From the NCBI GenBank assembly GCA_036676605.1, contig JAKFCO010000011.1, forward strand, positions 39,933-103,932: a DNA stretch of 64,000 nucleotides, in the 5' to 3' direction. Each line of letters starts with the position of its first letter. Position 1 is the stretch's first letter. Below the pieces are notes generated by a model. The model saw only the letters and a list, made by a program, of their open reading frames with translations, did not search any database and was not told the DNA's origin. Made by a program: the position numbers and the translations under genes. Positions 49,897 to 61,197 of the stretch are shown here, one piece after another. Origin of the DNA: Algoriphagus sp. (GTDB taxonomy: Bacteria; Bacteroidota; Bacteroidia; Cytophagales; Cyclobacteriaceae).

Positions 49897-51252
49897 GTGG
49901 AAACTTTGAAAAAAATACTGATCATCGATGATGAGGAAAAGCTGAGAACCTTACTGACTAGAATAATCAGCTTGGAAGGGTTTGAGGTCTTCCAGGCGGG
50001 AGACTTTAAATCTTCTTTTAAAAAATTAGAGCAAAACGACATTGATGTAGTGCTTTGCGATGTCAAGCTTCCCGATGGGAATGGCGTTGATTTTTCAAAA
50101 AAGATCAAAGGCAAGTATCCCTTGGTTGAAATCATTTTGTTGACAGCTTATGGAAATATTCCTGACGGTGTGCAAGCCATCAAAAACGGAGCGTTTGACT
50201 ACATCACCAAAGGGGACGACAACAACAAAATCGTTCCCCTGCTTTTCCGGGCACTCGAAAAGGCGGATTTGGCCAAGCGGGTACAGCACCTCGAAAACCA
50301 ACTTTCTGAAAAACATTCTTTCGACAAAATCATAGGCAAATCAAAATCAATTCAGAAAGCAATAGACTTGGCCAAAATGGTCGCTGAAACCGATGCAACT
50401 GTTTTGTTGACAGGTGAAACAGGAACTGGCAAAGAAGTATTTGCCCAAGCCATTCATCAGGAGAGCAAACGTTCAAAGCAGAATTTTGTGGCGATCAATT
50501 GCTCGGCTTTCAGCAAAGATTTACTGGAAAGTGAAATGTTTGGGCACAAAGCCGGGGCATTCACAGGTGCTGTAAAAGACCAAAAAGGACTTTTTGAAGA
50601 AGCCAATAATGGTACTATTTTTCTGGATGAGATCGGAGAAATGGCCTTGGACTTACAGGCTAAAGTGCTTAGAGTAATAGAAACAGGAGAGCTATTGAAA
50701 GTTGGCGAATCCAAACAAACCAAAGTAAATGTTCGGGTAATTGCAGCAACCAACAGGGATTTACAGGAAGAAATTAAAAAAGGGACTTTTAGGGAGGATT
50801 TGTTTTACCGAATCTCCGTTTTTCAGATACCGTTACCCCATCTAAGGGAACGTGTATCGGACATTGAATTGTTGGCAAATCACTTTGTGGCTTTGTTTTC
50901 AGCGAAAATGAATAAAAAAATTAAATCAATATCGCCAGATGTTTTAGAAGCATTGAAGCTCTATCCATGGCACGGAAACATCAGGGAATTGAAAAATGCT
51001 ATTGAACGCGCAGTGATTCTAACTTCAGGAGATCAAATTGAATTGGATGCATTACCTATTCAAATGCAGCAATCTCCTGGCAAGAATACTAAGAGCCGCC
51101 AACTTTCTGCCTTCGAATTGGCAAGTGTAGAAAAGCTGCACATCCAAAAGGTGATTAACTACACCAATGGCAACAAGACAAAAACCGCAGAATTATTGGG
51201 AATAGCAGTCACTACGCTCTATCGGAAGTTGGCCGAGTTTGGCATAGAGTAA
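49897..51252 (+). CDS. NtrC-family sigma54-dependent response regulator (kdp-associated)
   Basis: REC, GETGTGKE, GAFTGA, HTH; GTG start assumed. Confidence 0.92.
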   Translation: METLKKILIIDDEEKLRTLLTRIISLEGFEVFQAGDFKSSFKKLEQNDIDVVLCDVKLPDGNGVDFSKKIKGKYPLVEIILLTAYGNIPDGVQAIKNGAFDYITKGDDNNKIVPLLFRALEKADLAKRVQHLENQLSEKHSFDKIIGKSKSIQKAIDLAKMVAETDATVLLTGETGTGKEVFAQAIHQESKRSKQNFVAINCSAFSKDLLESEMFGHKAGAFTGAVKDQKGLFEEANNGTIFLDEIGEMALDLQAKVLRVIETGELLKVGESKQTKVNVRVIAATNRDLQEEIKKGTFREDLFYRISVFQIPLPHLRERVSDIELLANHFVALFSAKMNKKIKSISPDVLEALKLYPWHGNIRELKNAIERAVILTSGDQIELDALPIQMQQSPGKNTKSRQLSAFELASVEKLHIQKVINYTNGNKTKTAELLGIAVTTLYRKLAEFGIE

Positions 51253-51260
51253 AAACCCAC

Positions 51261-51301
51261 CCTACCAAAACGCTAGGATTAACCCTTTCAAAACGAAAGG
51301 G
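51261..51301. promoter_or_regulatory. Tandem 17-bp dyad sites (candidate activator sites; second may double as terminator)
   Basis: CCTACCAAAACGCTAGG and CCTTTCAAAACGAAAGG, 23 bp apart. Confidence 0.55.
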
Positions 51302-51420
51302 TTTTTTATTTGTGGCCAGTTGAAAATTTTCATATTTAGCTTATTTTTAGATATTTATAATGTAATTTATTTTTAGGAACAGGTATTGGCATAAGAGGGA
51401 AATACGCAACGAATTTTCTT

Positions 51421-51777
51421 ATGGCAAAGCAAATACCTGTAGTTATCGAAATAATTGAGGGTTCTGAGATTAAATACCTACATCCCATCTTTAAGGCAAA
51501 AAATTCACGAAGAGTCCACCTTCCTCAGAGAGTCGGACAGATCTTAGGGAATGACAAGGATTATGCTTGGCAGCACAAGGTCAGGGAATTCATTTTTTTA
51601 ATCTTTCATGCACCTGTGATGTTTCCCAAAGAGATTTTAAAATCCTCGAAATGGCTGAAAGCAGCTCAATACGGACATTTCACTACCTCCCCAAGTTTTC
51701 TCTTTTTCCAAAACTATCCTACCACTGTACCATTCGCTCCTTTTCATCAAAGTAACAATCGATACTCAAAAAACTAA
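51421..51777 (+). CDS. Hypothetical ORF upstream of kdpF (possibly frameshifted)
   Basis: ORF in the operon-leading position only. Confidence 0.3.
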   Translation: MAKQIPVVIEIIEGSEIKYLHPIFKAKNSRRVHLPQRVGQILGNDKDYAWQHKVREFIFLIFHAPVMFPKEILKSSKWLKAAQYGHFTTSPSFLFFQNYPTTVPFAPFHQSNNRYSKN

Positions 51778-51783
51778 AGAACA

Positions 51784-51861
51784 ATGACAGCCTTATTCAT
51801 TATCTCAATTGCAGTTTTCAGCTATATGTGCTACGTCCTGCTTAAACCAGAAAAATTTTAA
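51784..51861 (+). CDS. kdpF: K+-transporting ATPase subunit F
   Basis: MTALFIISIAVFSYMCYVLLKPEKF, directly before kdpA (not in the ORF track). Confidence 0.92.
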   Translation: MTALFIISIAVFSYMCYVLLKPEKF

Positions 51862-51865
51862 AACT

Positions 51866-53569
51866 ATGAACACAGAAATATTTGGCATAATGCTCATGTA
51901 CGGTCTGGTGTTGGCGTTGGCTATTCCACTTGGCAGGTACATCGGCAAGGTTTTCAACTACGAAAACACTTGGCTCGATAAAATTTTCAATCCGCTTGAC
52001 AACCTGTTTTTCAAACTAAGCGGCATTGATCCCAATATTGAAATGACCTGGAAACAGCACTTGGTGGCATTGCTTACCATCAATATTTTTTGGTTTATCA
52101 TTTCCATGCTGGTACTAACGAATATGGCTTGGCTTCCACTCAATCCTGACGGCAATCCATCCATGAGTACCGATTTAGCTTTCAACACTTCGGTAAGTTT
52201 CGTGACCAACTCTAACCTTCAACACTATTCAGGCGAAAACGGCTTATCGTATTTGGGTCAGTTGCTATTGATGCTGTGGCAATTCATTAGTGCCGGAACC
52301 GGGATTGCCATTTGTGCCGTGGTGTTTATTGCCATGAAAGAACGTACCACGCAAACTTTGGGTAACTTTTATTCGCTGTTTGTAAGAAGCTGCACCAGGA
52401 TTCTTTTACCGATAGCATTTGTGTTGGCTTTGATTCTTGCGTTTAACGGAACACCCATGACTTTGGAAGGCAAAGACACCATGGTAACGCTTCAGGGAGA
52501 CACAGTGGAAGTAAGCCGTGGTCCGGTAGCTGCATTTGTAGCTATCAAACAATTGGGTACAAATGGCGGGGGCTTCTACGGACCTAACTCAACCCATCCC
52601 TTTGAAAATCCTAACTATGTCACCAATATAGTTGAGAGCGTTTCTATCCTCTTAATCCCAATTGCAATGGTATTTGCGATGGGCTATGTGTTACGCAGAA
52701 GGAAGCTGGCCATTACCGTATTTGGGGTAATGACTATAGGCTTCTTGTTGTTGCTCATTCCTTCGGTGATTTATGAAATGAAAGGTAACCCAGCAATCTC
52801 TCAAATGGGGATTTCGCAACCCATGGGCAGTATGGAAGGCAAAGAGGTGCGGTTTGGTGCGGCAGCCTCTGCCAATTGGGCTATTTACACCACAAGCACG
52901 AGTAATGGATCAGTGAATGCCATGCACGACAGCATGACACCACTTACAGGAATGTTCACTTTGTTGGGAATGATGATAAATTCCTTTTATGGTGGCGTGG
53001 GTGTTGGTTTTTTAAACTTCTATATCTTCATCATACTGGCCGTTTTCATCAGTGGGTTGATGGTGGGTAGAACCCCGGAATTTCTAGGCAAAAAGATTGA
53101 AGCCGGAGAAATGAAAATCGCCATGGTCATTGCCTTGCTGCATCCTTTGATGATTCTTTCAGGCACAGCAATTTCGAGTTACTTATATACCGGAAATCCC
53201 ATTGAATACTCAGCTTGGTTAAACAATCCCGGATATCACGGTTTCAGCGAAATGCTGTATGAGTTCAGCTCAGCTAGTGCCAACAACGGTAGCGGTTTTG
53301 AAGGTTTGGGCGACAATACACCATTTTGGAATATTGCCACCGGGTTAGTGATGTTGCTGGCTCGTTACCTGCCCATCATCGGACCCGTGGCTATTGCGGG
53401 AATTTTGGCTAGCAAAAAATACATTCCTGAAAGTACCGGAACCCTTAAAACCGATACAGCCACATTCGGACTAATCGTATTTGCAGTGATTGTCATTGTT
53501 GCATCTCTTTCATTCTTCCCTGCGCTTACATTGGGACCTTTTGCAGAATATTTTTCAATGCTTAAATAA
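51866..53569 (+). CDS. kdpA: K+-transporting ATPase subunit A
   Basis: [41 protein letters not shown]. Confidence 0.97.
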   Translation: MNTEIFGIMLMYGLVLALAIPLGRYIGKVFNYENTWLDKIFNPLDNLFFKLSGIDPNIEMTWKQHLVALLTINIFWFIISMLVLTNMAWLPLNPDGNPSMSTDLAFNTSVSFVTNSNLQHYSGENGLSYLGQLLLMLWQFISAGTGIAICAVVFIAMKERTTQTLGNFYSLFVRSCTRILLPIAFVLALILAFNGTPMTLEGKDTMVTLQGDTVEVSRGPVAAFVAIKQLGTNGGGFYGPNSTHPFENPNYVTNIVESVSILLIPIAMVFAMGYVLRRRKLAITVFGVMTIGFLLLLIPSVIYEMKGNPAISQMGISQPMGSMEGKEVRFGAAASANWAIYTTSTSNGSVNAMHDSMTPLTGMFTLLGMMINSFYGGVGVGFLNFYIFIILAVFISGLMVGRTPEFLGKKIEAGEMKIAMVIALLHPLMILSGTAISSYLYTGNPIEYSAWLNNPGYHGFSEMLYEFSSASANNGSGFEGLGDNTPFWNIATGLVMLLARYLPIIGPVAIAGILASKKYIPESTGTLKTDTATFGLIVFAVIVIVASLSFFPALTLGPFAEYFSMLK

Positions 53570-53577
53570 TCCAGAAA

Positions 53578-55614
53578 ATGACAAAGAATACATCTTTATT
53601 TCAAAAGGAATTGGTGATAGAAGCATTGAAACACTCTTTCATCAAACTCAATCCCGCGATAATGTTCCGCAATCCGGTAATGTTTACCGTAGAAATAGGA
53701 ACGGCAGTCATGTTTGGCGTTTGCATTTGGATTTTGGCTGGCAATCAAACTCAAGGAAGTTTTGCTTACAACTTAACAGTATTCCTGATTCTGCTACTCA
53801 CTTTGTTATTTGCCAATTTTGCCGAAGCTATTGCCGAAGCAAGAGGCAAAGCCCAGGCTGACAGCTTACGTAAAACAAGAGAAGAAACCCCTGCAAAATA
53901 CCTTCGCAGGACAGGTGAATCCTATGCAGCCGAAGTCACCATTATCCCTTCCTCTCAACTCAAAAAAGATGATGTTTTTGTTTGCGAAGCGGGAGACATA
54001 ATTCCTTCAGACGGTGAAATCATAGAAGGACTTGCCACGATTGACGAAAGTGCTATTACCGGAGAAAGCGCCCCCGTAATTCGCGAAGCCGGAGGAGATA
54101 AGAGTTCCGTGACTGGGGGAACCAAAGTCTTATCAGACAAAATCAAAGTAATAGTTAGCACTGAACAGGGAGAAAGTTTTCTGGACAAAATGATTGCCTT
54201 GGTAGAAGGTGCAAGCCGTCAAAAAACCCCCAATGAAATTGCGTTGACTATTCTTTTGGCTGGCTTTACACTAGTATTCATCATTGTGACAGTGACCCTG
54301 AAACCCTTTGCTGATTATGCCAATACCCCAATTACTATAGCCTCCTTCATTTCTCTTTTCGTGTGCCTGATTCCAACAACCATTGGCGGATTACTCTCGG
54401 CTATCGGTATTGCAGGAATGGACAGGGCATTGAGAGCCAATGTAATTACCAAAAGCGGGAAGGCGGTTGAGACAGCAGGAGATATTGACGTTTTACTTTT
54501 GGACAAAACCGGGACCATCACGATCGGCAACAGGAAAGCCACCAATTTTTATCCTGCACTTGGTGTGAACGATAAGCAATTTATCAAATCGGTCGTGCTG
54601 AGCTCCATGAGTGACGAAACGCCCGAAGGAAAATCGATCATAGATTTGGCTGGAATCAATCCCTTGAGTTACCAGATCCCTAATCCAATTTTCATCAAGT
54701 TTTCTGCCGAAACAAGAAGTTCAGGAATAAACTTCGAGAACACCCGAATCCGAAAAGGAGCAACCGATGCCATCAGATTACTCTGCGATAATGCAGGAAA
54801 CAGTTTTCCGGTTGAAATTGCAGAACGGGTCAAAACCATTTCAAGCAACGGTGGCACTCCGCTGGTGGTTTCGGAGAATGAAAAAGTAATCGGTGTTATT
54901 GAATTGCAGGACATCATCAAACCAGGCATTCATGAACGCTTCGAGCGACTTCGTAAAATGGGCATTAAAACAGTGATGGTAACGGGAGACAATCCTTTGA
55001 CTGCCAAATACATTGCCGAAAAAGCAGGGGTTGATGATTTTATTGCCGAGGCAAAACCTGAGGACAAGATGAACTACATCAAAAAAGAACAGGCAGAAGG
55101 CAGATTAGTAGCTATGATGGGTGATGGAACCAATGACGCACCTGCTTTGGCTCAGGCTGATGTTGGAGTTGCTATGAATAGCGGAACACAGGCAGCAAAA
55201 GAAGCCGGAAATATGGTGGATCTGGATAATGATCCTACCAAATTGATTGAAGTAGTGGAAATTGGCAAACAGCTTTTAATGACCAGAGGAACACTCACCA
55301 CTTTCAGCATCGCCAACGATGTAGCAAAATACTTTGCCATTATCCCTGCATTGTTCATTGTGGCAATACCTTCCTTGCAAGGCCTGAACATTATGAATTT
55401 GCATAGTCCTGAGAGTGCTATTCTTTCAGCCGTGATCTTCAATGCCATCATCATTCCTTTGCTAATCCCGTTGGCTTTAAAAGGGGTGGCATACAAACCG
55501 ATCGGTGCAAGTGCTTTACTTCGAAGAAACTTGGTCATTTATGGATTGGGTGGTGTAATCGTTCCGTTTATCGGAATCAAAGCCATTGACCTTTTTGTTT
55601 CACTGTTTATTTAA
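53578..55614 (+). CDS. kdpB: K+-transporting ATPase subunit B
   Basis: [23 protein letters not shown]. Confidence 0.97.
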   Translation: MTKNTSLFQKELVIEALKHSFIKLNPAIMFRNPVMFTVEIGTAVMFGVCIWILAGNQTQGSFAYNLTVFLILLLTLLFANFAEAIAEARGKAQADSLRKTREETPAKYLRRTGESYAAEVTIIPSSQLKKDDVFVCEAGDIIPSDGEIIEGLATIDESAITGESAPVIREAGGDKSSVTGGTKVLSDKIKVIVSTEQGESFLDKMIALVEGASRQKTPNEIALTILLAGFTLVFIIVTVTLKPFADYANTPITIASFISLFVCLIPTTIGGLLSAIGIAGMDRALRANVITKSGKAVETAGDIDVLLLDKTGTITIGNRKATNFYPALGVNDKQFIKSVVLSSMSDETPEGKSIIDLAGINPLSYQIPNPIFIKFSAETRSSGINFENTRIRKGATDAIRLLCDNAGNSFPVEIAERVKTISSNGGTPLVVSENEKVIGVIELQDIIKPGIHERFERLRKMGIKTVMVTGDNPLTAKYIAEKAGVDDFIAEAKPEDKMNYIKKEQAEGRLVAMMGDGTNDAPALAQADVGVAMNSGTQAAKEAGNMVDLDNDPTKLIEVVEIGKQLLMTRGTLTTFSIANDVAKYFAIIPALFIVAIPSLQGLNIMNLHSPESAILSAVIFNAIIIPLLIPLALKGVAYKPIGASALLRRNLVIYGLGGVIVPFIGIKAIDLFVSLFI

Positions 55615-55699
55615 CTAACCGTTAATGAGTGAAGAAATAGGAAGATAAAGACCATAGGTCCTTTAACTACTTTGAATGAAAAATTAAAACTTTAATAAA

Positions 55700-56260
55700 A
55701 TGAAATCGAACATCATCCCCGCAATAAGACTCACATTGGTTTGTCTGGTATTCTTTATCGGTATTTATACCTCTGTTGTGTTGGCTTTCGGTCAACTTGC
55801 CCCCAACAATGGCAAGGGCGAAACCATCAGCCAAAACGGTAAAACCTATTATATCAATATTGGCCAATCATTCACAGAGGATAAATACTTTTATTCAAGA
55901 CCTTCTGCCGTTGGTTACAACGCAGAAGGTTCGGGAGGAAGCAATAAAGGCCCTTCCAATCCCGATTATTTGGCAGAAGTACAAGCAAGAATTGATACCT
56001 TTTTAGAGCATAATCCTGATGTAACCAAATCAGAAATTCCATCGGAATTAGTTACGGCAAGCGGAAGTGGGTTAGATCCGAATATTTCCATCCAATCGGC
56101 CAAAGTACAGGTAAAGCGCATTGCTAAAATCCGGAACATCAGCGAATCAAATTTGGAACAACTTATAGCGAAACAAACAGAAAAACCATTTCTCGGCCTT
56201 TTTGGCACCGAAAAAATCAATGTCTTGAAACTTAACCTCGCCTTGGATATTTTAAATTAA
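55700..56260 (+). CDS. kdpC: K+-transporting ATPase subunit C
   Basis: SGGSNKGPSN, VTASGSGLDP, NVLKLNLALD. Confidence 0.96.
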   Translation: MKSNIIPAIRLTLVCLVFFIGIYTSVVLAFGQLAPNNGKGETISQNGKTYYINIGQSFTEDKYFYSRPSAVGYNAEGSGGSNKGPSNPDYLAEVQARIDTFLEHNPDVTKSEIPSELVTASGSGLDPNISIQSAKVQVKRIAKIRNISESNLEQLIAKQTEKPFLGLFGTEKINVLKLNLALDILN

Positions 56261-56265
56261 GTACA

Positions 56266-57342
56266 ATGGAAAAGACTTTTATCGCATTGTTGACATTGTT
56301 TAGTGTAAGCAGTTATGCCCAAACCAACAGCACGAAAAATCCACTAAAATTTAGCGGATATCTCGAAACCTATTATGCTTATGACTTTGGAAAACCTGCT
56401 GATCACAACCGGCCCGCATTTATATACTCTTTCAACAGGCACAACGAAGTAAATCTCAATTTGGGCTTAATAAAAGCAGCCTACCAAACCAATAAAGTAA
56501 GAGCGAATTTGGCCTTGATGACCGGCACCTATACCAATGCTAATCTGGCCTCCGAACCGGGTGTTTTAAAAAACATCTTTGAGGCCAATGCCGGAGTGAA
56601 AATCTCTCAAACAAAAAACCTATGGGTGGACGCTGGTATTTTTACTTCACACATCGGTTTTGAGAGTGCTATCGGCAAACACTGCTGGAACCTGACAAGA
56701 AGTATTCTGGCGGACAATTCACCCTATTACGAAACTGGCGCGAAAATCTCCTATACAAGCGATAATGAGAAGTGGTTTGTCAGCGGACTGGTCTTGAACG
56801 GCTGGCAGCGTATCCAGCGCGCAGATGGCAACAATACACCGGCATTCGGACATCAACTTACGTTTAAACCGAACTCAAAAATTACTTTAAACAGCAGTTC
56901 ATTTGTAGGAAGTGACACTCCTGACAGCACTCGTCAAATGCGCTATTTTCATAACTTTTATGGGCAATTCCAGCTGGATGAAAAATTCGGTTTGACTCTG
57001 GGTTTTGAAATTGGTGCTCAACAAAAATCAAAGGGCAGCGGCGATTACGACAGATGGTACTCTCCGGTATTGATAGCTCAGTTTTCTCCTACGAAAAAAA
57101 TAAGTATTGCGGCACGTGGGGAGCATTTCATTGATGCCAACGAGGTGATTATCCTTACTGAAACCCCAAACGGTTTTCAGACTTTCGGCTATTCCATCAA
57201 CCTGGATTACCACATTACTGACATTGTCGTGTGGCGAATTGAAGGCAGAGGATTCGAAAGTGAAGATGAGGTTTTTACAGTCAGTGATGAGCCAAGCACT
57301 AGCAATTATTCTTTGGTTACCTCCTTAGCCATTTCATTCTAA
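56266..57342 (+). CDS. Outer membrane porin/beta-barrel associated with kdp
   Basis: Signal peptide, beta-strand pattern, C-terminal Phe, in-operon. Confidence 0.8.
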   Translation: MEKTFIALLTLFSVSSYAQTNSTKNPLKFSGYLETYYAYDFGKPADHNRPAFIYSFNRHNEVNLNLGLIKAAYQTNKVRANLALMTGTYTNANLASEPGVLKNIFEANAGVKISQTKNLWVDAGIFTSHIGFESAIGKHCWNLTRSILADNSPYYETGAKISYTSDNEKWFVSGLVLNGWQRIQRADGNNTPAFGHQLTFKPNSKITLNSSSFVGSDTPDSTRQMRYFHNFYGQFQLDEKFGLTLGFEIGAQQKSKGSGDYDRWYSPVLIAQFSPTKKISIAARGEHFIDANEVIILTETPNGFQTFGYSINLDYHITDIVVWRIEGRGFESEDEVFTVSDEPSTSNYSLVTSLAISF

Positions 57343-58467
57343 ATGACAGAAAAAGATAAAACCGTTCAGCACTTTCTCGACCTTATAAAAAAGTCAAGAA
57401 AAGGAAAGTTTAAAATCTACATCGGTATGAGTGCCGGTGTAGGCAAAACTTTCCGGATGCTACAAGAAGCCCATTCTCTCCTTAAAAACGGGATTGATGT
57501 GAAAATCGGATACATCGAACCACACAACCGGAAAGAGACTTTGGACCTCATGGACGGTTTACCCATTATTCCCAGAAGGAAGCTGTTTTATAAAGGCAAG
57601 GAGCTTGAAGAAATGGATTTGCAGGGAATCATTAACCTTCGGCCCGAAGTGGTGATTGTGGATGAACTAGCCCATTCAAATATTGAGGGAAGTAAAAATG
57701 AAAAACGCTGGCAGGATGTGTTGGATATTCTTTCTGCAGGAATCAATGTGATCTCTGCTGTAAACATTCAGCATATTGAAAGCCTCAATGAAGAAATCAA
57801 GACCATTACAGGTGTAGAGGTAAAAGAGCGGATCCCGGACAGTGTTTTGGCTCAGGCCGATGAGGTGGTCAACATCGACCTCACTTCTGATGAGCTAATC
57901 TCCCGATTGAAGGAGGGCAAAATTTACCAGCAGGATAAAATCGAAACTGCACTAAAAAACTTTTTTAAAAGTGAGCACATCCTGCAGTTGCGTGAACTGG
58001 CCCTTAAAGAAGTAGCTTCTCAGGTAGAAAGAAAGGTTGAAATAGAGGTAACCAAGCCAAAATCCATCAAACATGAACGGTTTTTGGCATGCATCAGCAC
58101 GAATGAAAAAACAGCAAAAACTGTCATCCGAAAAACTGCACGCCTGGCCAACTACTACAACAGCAAATGGTATGTCCTATATGTCCAGACACCCAAGGAA
58201 AGTGTCGACAAAATCCCGCTGGACAAGCAAAGACATTTAATCAACAATTTCAAATTGGCCACTGAACTTGGAGCTGAAATCATTAAAATAGAAAGTCCGA
58301 GGGTTTCTAAAGCAATTATTGAGCAAGCTGTAGAACGAAAAATCACCACCATCTGTGTCGGCAAACCACACCTCAATTTGTTACAAATCATTTTGGCAAC
58401 AAACGTATTCAACGAGCTGCTGAGAAAACTATCCTCAAACGAGATTGACCTAATAATACTTTCCTAA
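57343..58467 (+). CDS. kdpD: KdpD N-terminal sensor (Walker A + USP) as a stand-alone protein
   Basis: YIGMSAGVGKT, VDELAHSN, KRWQDV, NIQHIESLN. Confidence 0.9.
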   Translation: MTEKDKTVQHFLDLIKKSRKGKFKIYIGMSAGVGKTFRMLQEAHSLLKNGIDVKIGYIEPHNRKETLDLMDGLPIIPRRKLFYKGKELEEMDLQGIINLRPEVVIVDELAHSNIEGSKNEKRWQDVLDILSAGINVISAVNIQHIESLNEEIKTITGVEVKERIPDSVLAQADEVVNIDLTSDELISRLKEGKIYQQDKIETALKNFFKSEHILQLRELALKEVASQVERKVEIEVTKPKSIKHERFLACISTNEKTAKTVIRKTARLANYYNSKWYVLYVQTPKESVDKIPLDKQRHLINNFKLATELGAEIIKIESPRVSKAIIEQAVERKITTICVGKPHLNLLQIILATNVFNELLRKLSSNEIDLIILS

Positions 58468-60189
58468 ATGAAAATAAAAACCAAAATAAGACTGGGTATT
58501 GGGCTTCTCTTTTTGTTGATACTCTTATTGAGTATTGTAGGCACAAACTATATCAACAAATTAAAACAGGATACTGAAAATATCCTGGAGGCTAACTACA
58601 ATACATTACTCTATTCAAGAAATATGTTGGTTGCATTGGAAGACAGTTCCGATCAGGCCATCCAATTGTTTGAATCCAATCTCAAAAATCAAGAGAGTAA
58701 CATTTCTGAGATCGGTGAAAAAGAAGCTACTCTCGAATTGAAAAGAAATTTAGAGTTGCTAAAAAGTAATAAAAACGACCTCTCCATACAAAAGAAAATC
58801 CGGGAGGAGATTTTCAAAATAATGGAAATAAATATGATTGCTATTCAAAAAAAGAGTGAGAAAGCCAAAGAAACTGCCAATAATGCGGTGTTTTGGATTG
58901 TAATCACCGGTTCACTTTGCTTTTTAATCGCATTTATCCTGCTGCTAAACCTGCCCTCCAACATTGCAAAAACCATCTCCAAACTAACCGAAAGCATAAA
59001 GCAAATTGCTGCCAAAAACTATTCGGAGCGAGTGCACTTTGAGGGTAACAGCGAATTTGGACAGTTGGCCAAGTCATTTAATACAATGGCTGAAAAGCTG
59101 GAAGAATATAACAACAGCAATTTGGCCAAGCTGATGATGGAAAAAAAACGAATTGAAGCACTCATCAACAACATGCATGACCCGGTCATTGGATTAGATG
59201 AGAACTTGAAAGTGATTTTCGCAAATAATGAGGCCATAAAAATATCTGGGGTGAATGAAGCAAATCTAATCGGACACTCCACCCAAGAGTTAGCGGAGAA
59301 GAACGATTTGATCAGGACTCTCATTCAGGATATCATGATTCCAGACAGCCGACCAAAGCCAAAACCTATCAAAATTTTTGCAGACAATAAAGAAGGATAT
59401 TTTGAAAAAGAAACGTTGCACATTTCGATCTCTCCAACCGGCGAGCAGACACACCGCCTCGTTGGGCATGTCATCATCCTGAGAAATGTGACAGAATATA
59501 AAGAACTTGACTCTGCCAAAACAAATTTCATTGCCACTGTTTCTCACGAATTTAAAACTCCGATTTCTTCCATAAAATTGAGTTTGCAACTACTCGAAAA
59601 TGAGCAAATCGGCAATCTGAATGAAGAACAAAAAAATTTACTCGACAGTATAAAAGACGATACCAACCGTCTTTTGAAAATTACAGGAGAACTTCTGAAT
59701 ATGACACAAGTGGAAAGTGGAAATATCCAGCTAACCATACTTCCTACCGACCCAAAAGAAATTCTTCAGTATTCGATCAATGCCACCAAAACACAGGCAG
59801 AGCAAAAACAAATCAAATTTGAAATCAGCTGCCCGGATGAAGTTCCAAAAGTTCATGCAGACAATGAAAAGACAGCTTGGGTCTTAACCAACCTGATTTC
59901 AAATGCTATCAGGTATTCTTACGACAACTCTATTATTTATTTGTCCATCAGGCCTGTCGGAAATAAAATGCAAATTTCAGTTCGTGACACTGGACAGGGA
60001 ATAGCCCCACAATACAAGGACAAAATTTTTGACCGCTATTTCCGGGTTCCGGGGAGAAAAACAGAAGGAACGGGTCTTGGTTTGGCAATAAGTAAAGAAT
60101 TTATTGAAGCACAGGGGGGACAAATATCCGTTGAAAGTGAATTTGGTGCAGGAAGCACATTTACAGTAACCTTAAATATTTTGCCCTAA
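58468..60189 (+). CDS. Membrane HAMP-PAS histidine kinase
   Basis: 2 TM, HAMP, SHEFKTP, NLISNAIRY, GTGLGLA. Confidence 0.92.
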   Translation: MKIKTKIRLGIGLLFLLILLLSIVGTNYINKLKQDTENILEANYNTLLYSRNMLVALEDSSDQAIQLFESNLKNQESNISEIGEKEATLELKRNLELLKSNKNDLSIQKKIREEIFKIMEINMIAIQKKSEKAKETANNAVFWIVITGSLCFLIAFILLLNLPSNIAKTISKLTESIKQIAAKNYSERVHFEGNSEFGQLAKSFNTMAEKLEEYNNSNLAKLMMEKKRIEALINNMHDPVIGLDENLKVIFANNEAIKISGVNEANLIGHSTQELAEKNDLIRTLIQDIMIPDSRPKPKPIKIFADNKEGYFEKETLHISISPTGEQTHRLVGHVIILRNVTEYKELDSAKTNFIATVSHEFKTPISSIKLSLQLLENEQIGNLNEEQKNLLDSIKDDTNRLLKITGELLNMTQVESGNIQLTILPTDPKEILQYSINATKTQAEQKQIKFEISCPDEVPKVHADNEKTAWVLTNLISNAIRYSYDNSIIYLSIRPVGNKMQISVRDTGQGIAPQYKDKIFDRYFRVPGRKTEGTGLGLAISKEFIEAQGGQISVESEFGAGSTFTVTLNILP

Positions 60190-60443
60190 ACCACCAACAC
60201 TAAAGAGTTCATTGTCCTGCTTGGGAAATCGAAAAAACCTTCTCTTTCTTCCCATAAGGAAAATTGGATGCTTGACGAAAAATCTTAGGTAAACTTCAAG
60301 ATGATGATTTCCAGATCCTCTGTCGGATCTCATCTTTCCCAAAACAACCAATTTCCTGCCTCCCACCACTTACAATTCACCACTCACTTCTTACAAATTT
60401 AATCTCTCAAATAAATCCGAAATCATACTTCCGAAATCCGATA

Positions 60444-60983
60444 TCACTCCTTCCCGCTTCCTTTAAACTGATCTTCTTTGTAAGCAAACAGGATATTGAA
60501 TGTGGTCAGGGAACCGTAAGCCCGGGTGATGTATTGTTGCAGATTGACGCGATCCTCGTCGTCTAGCTTGGGATGGTTGTTGATGTTTTGCTCGAGGACC
60601 CTGAGCTTTTCCCTTACCATCACAATCTTGTGAAAAAAGGAACTCATGGGTACTTCCTTGCCTTGCAGGCTTGGATCGCTTGGATTAAAAGTGACAGTTC
60701 CTCCCATCCATTTCCCCCCAAGCGGGATCAAAGGCGCTCTTTCGGCAGTTTGAAGTAAAGCTTCCCGGATCGCCTTTTCCACATCCTTCATCGTGAGAAT
60801 AGGAAAATCCGGCACTTTCGCCTGCTCCACGGTGAAGCCTTCGTAATCCCTGGCGATTGTCTTTACTTCTTCATTTGATGAAAAATAGATCTTGTAATAA
60901 GTCCCGTCAATTGCCACTATTACTCCTGATCCAAACTTGGGATGACCAATCCTGCTTCCGATTCCTAATTCTCTTGCTTCCAT
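60444..60983 (-). CDS. Conserved hypothetical protein with N-terminal Tudor/SH3-like motif
   Basis: GSRIGHPKFGSGVIV; start moved to MEARE. Confidence 0.7.
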   Translation of the reverse strand: MEARELGIGSRIGHPKFGSGVIVAIDGTYYKIYFSSNEEVKTIARDYEGFTVEQAKVPDFPILTMKDVEKAIREALLQTAERAPLIPLGGKWMGGTVTFNPSDPSLQGKEVPMSSFFHKIVMVREKLRVLEQNINNHPKLDDEDRVNLQQYITRAYGSLTTFNILFAYKEDQFKGSGKE

Positions 60984-61197
60984 ATCAAAAAGGGGTTTAT
61001 TAAGCCCAAAATAAGAATTTATCCGAACCAAAATACAATTGAAATTTGCTCGCATGCTGAAAAGCTTTCAAGGAAATGCTCAGTGTGGAAGGAGAAATAC
61101 CAGGTCACTTTCTCTCCGGGAGAAACCTGTTTCGCCAAAAACATATTTCTAAATACCTTGTATTTGTACAAGGTTCTTGGCACCACAACCCCACCCT

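Noticed and set aside
51387-51401. TGGCAT as sigma54 promoter for kdp
   Set aside because: -24 box present but no TTGC-like -12 element at the required spacing
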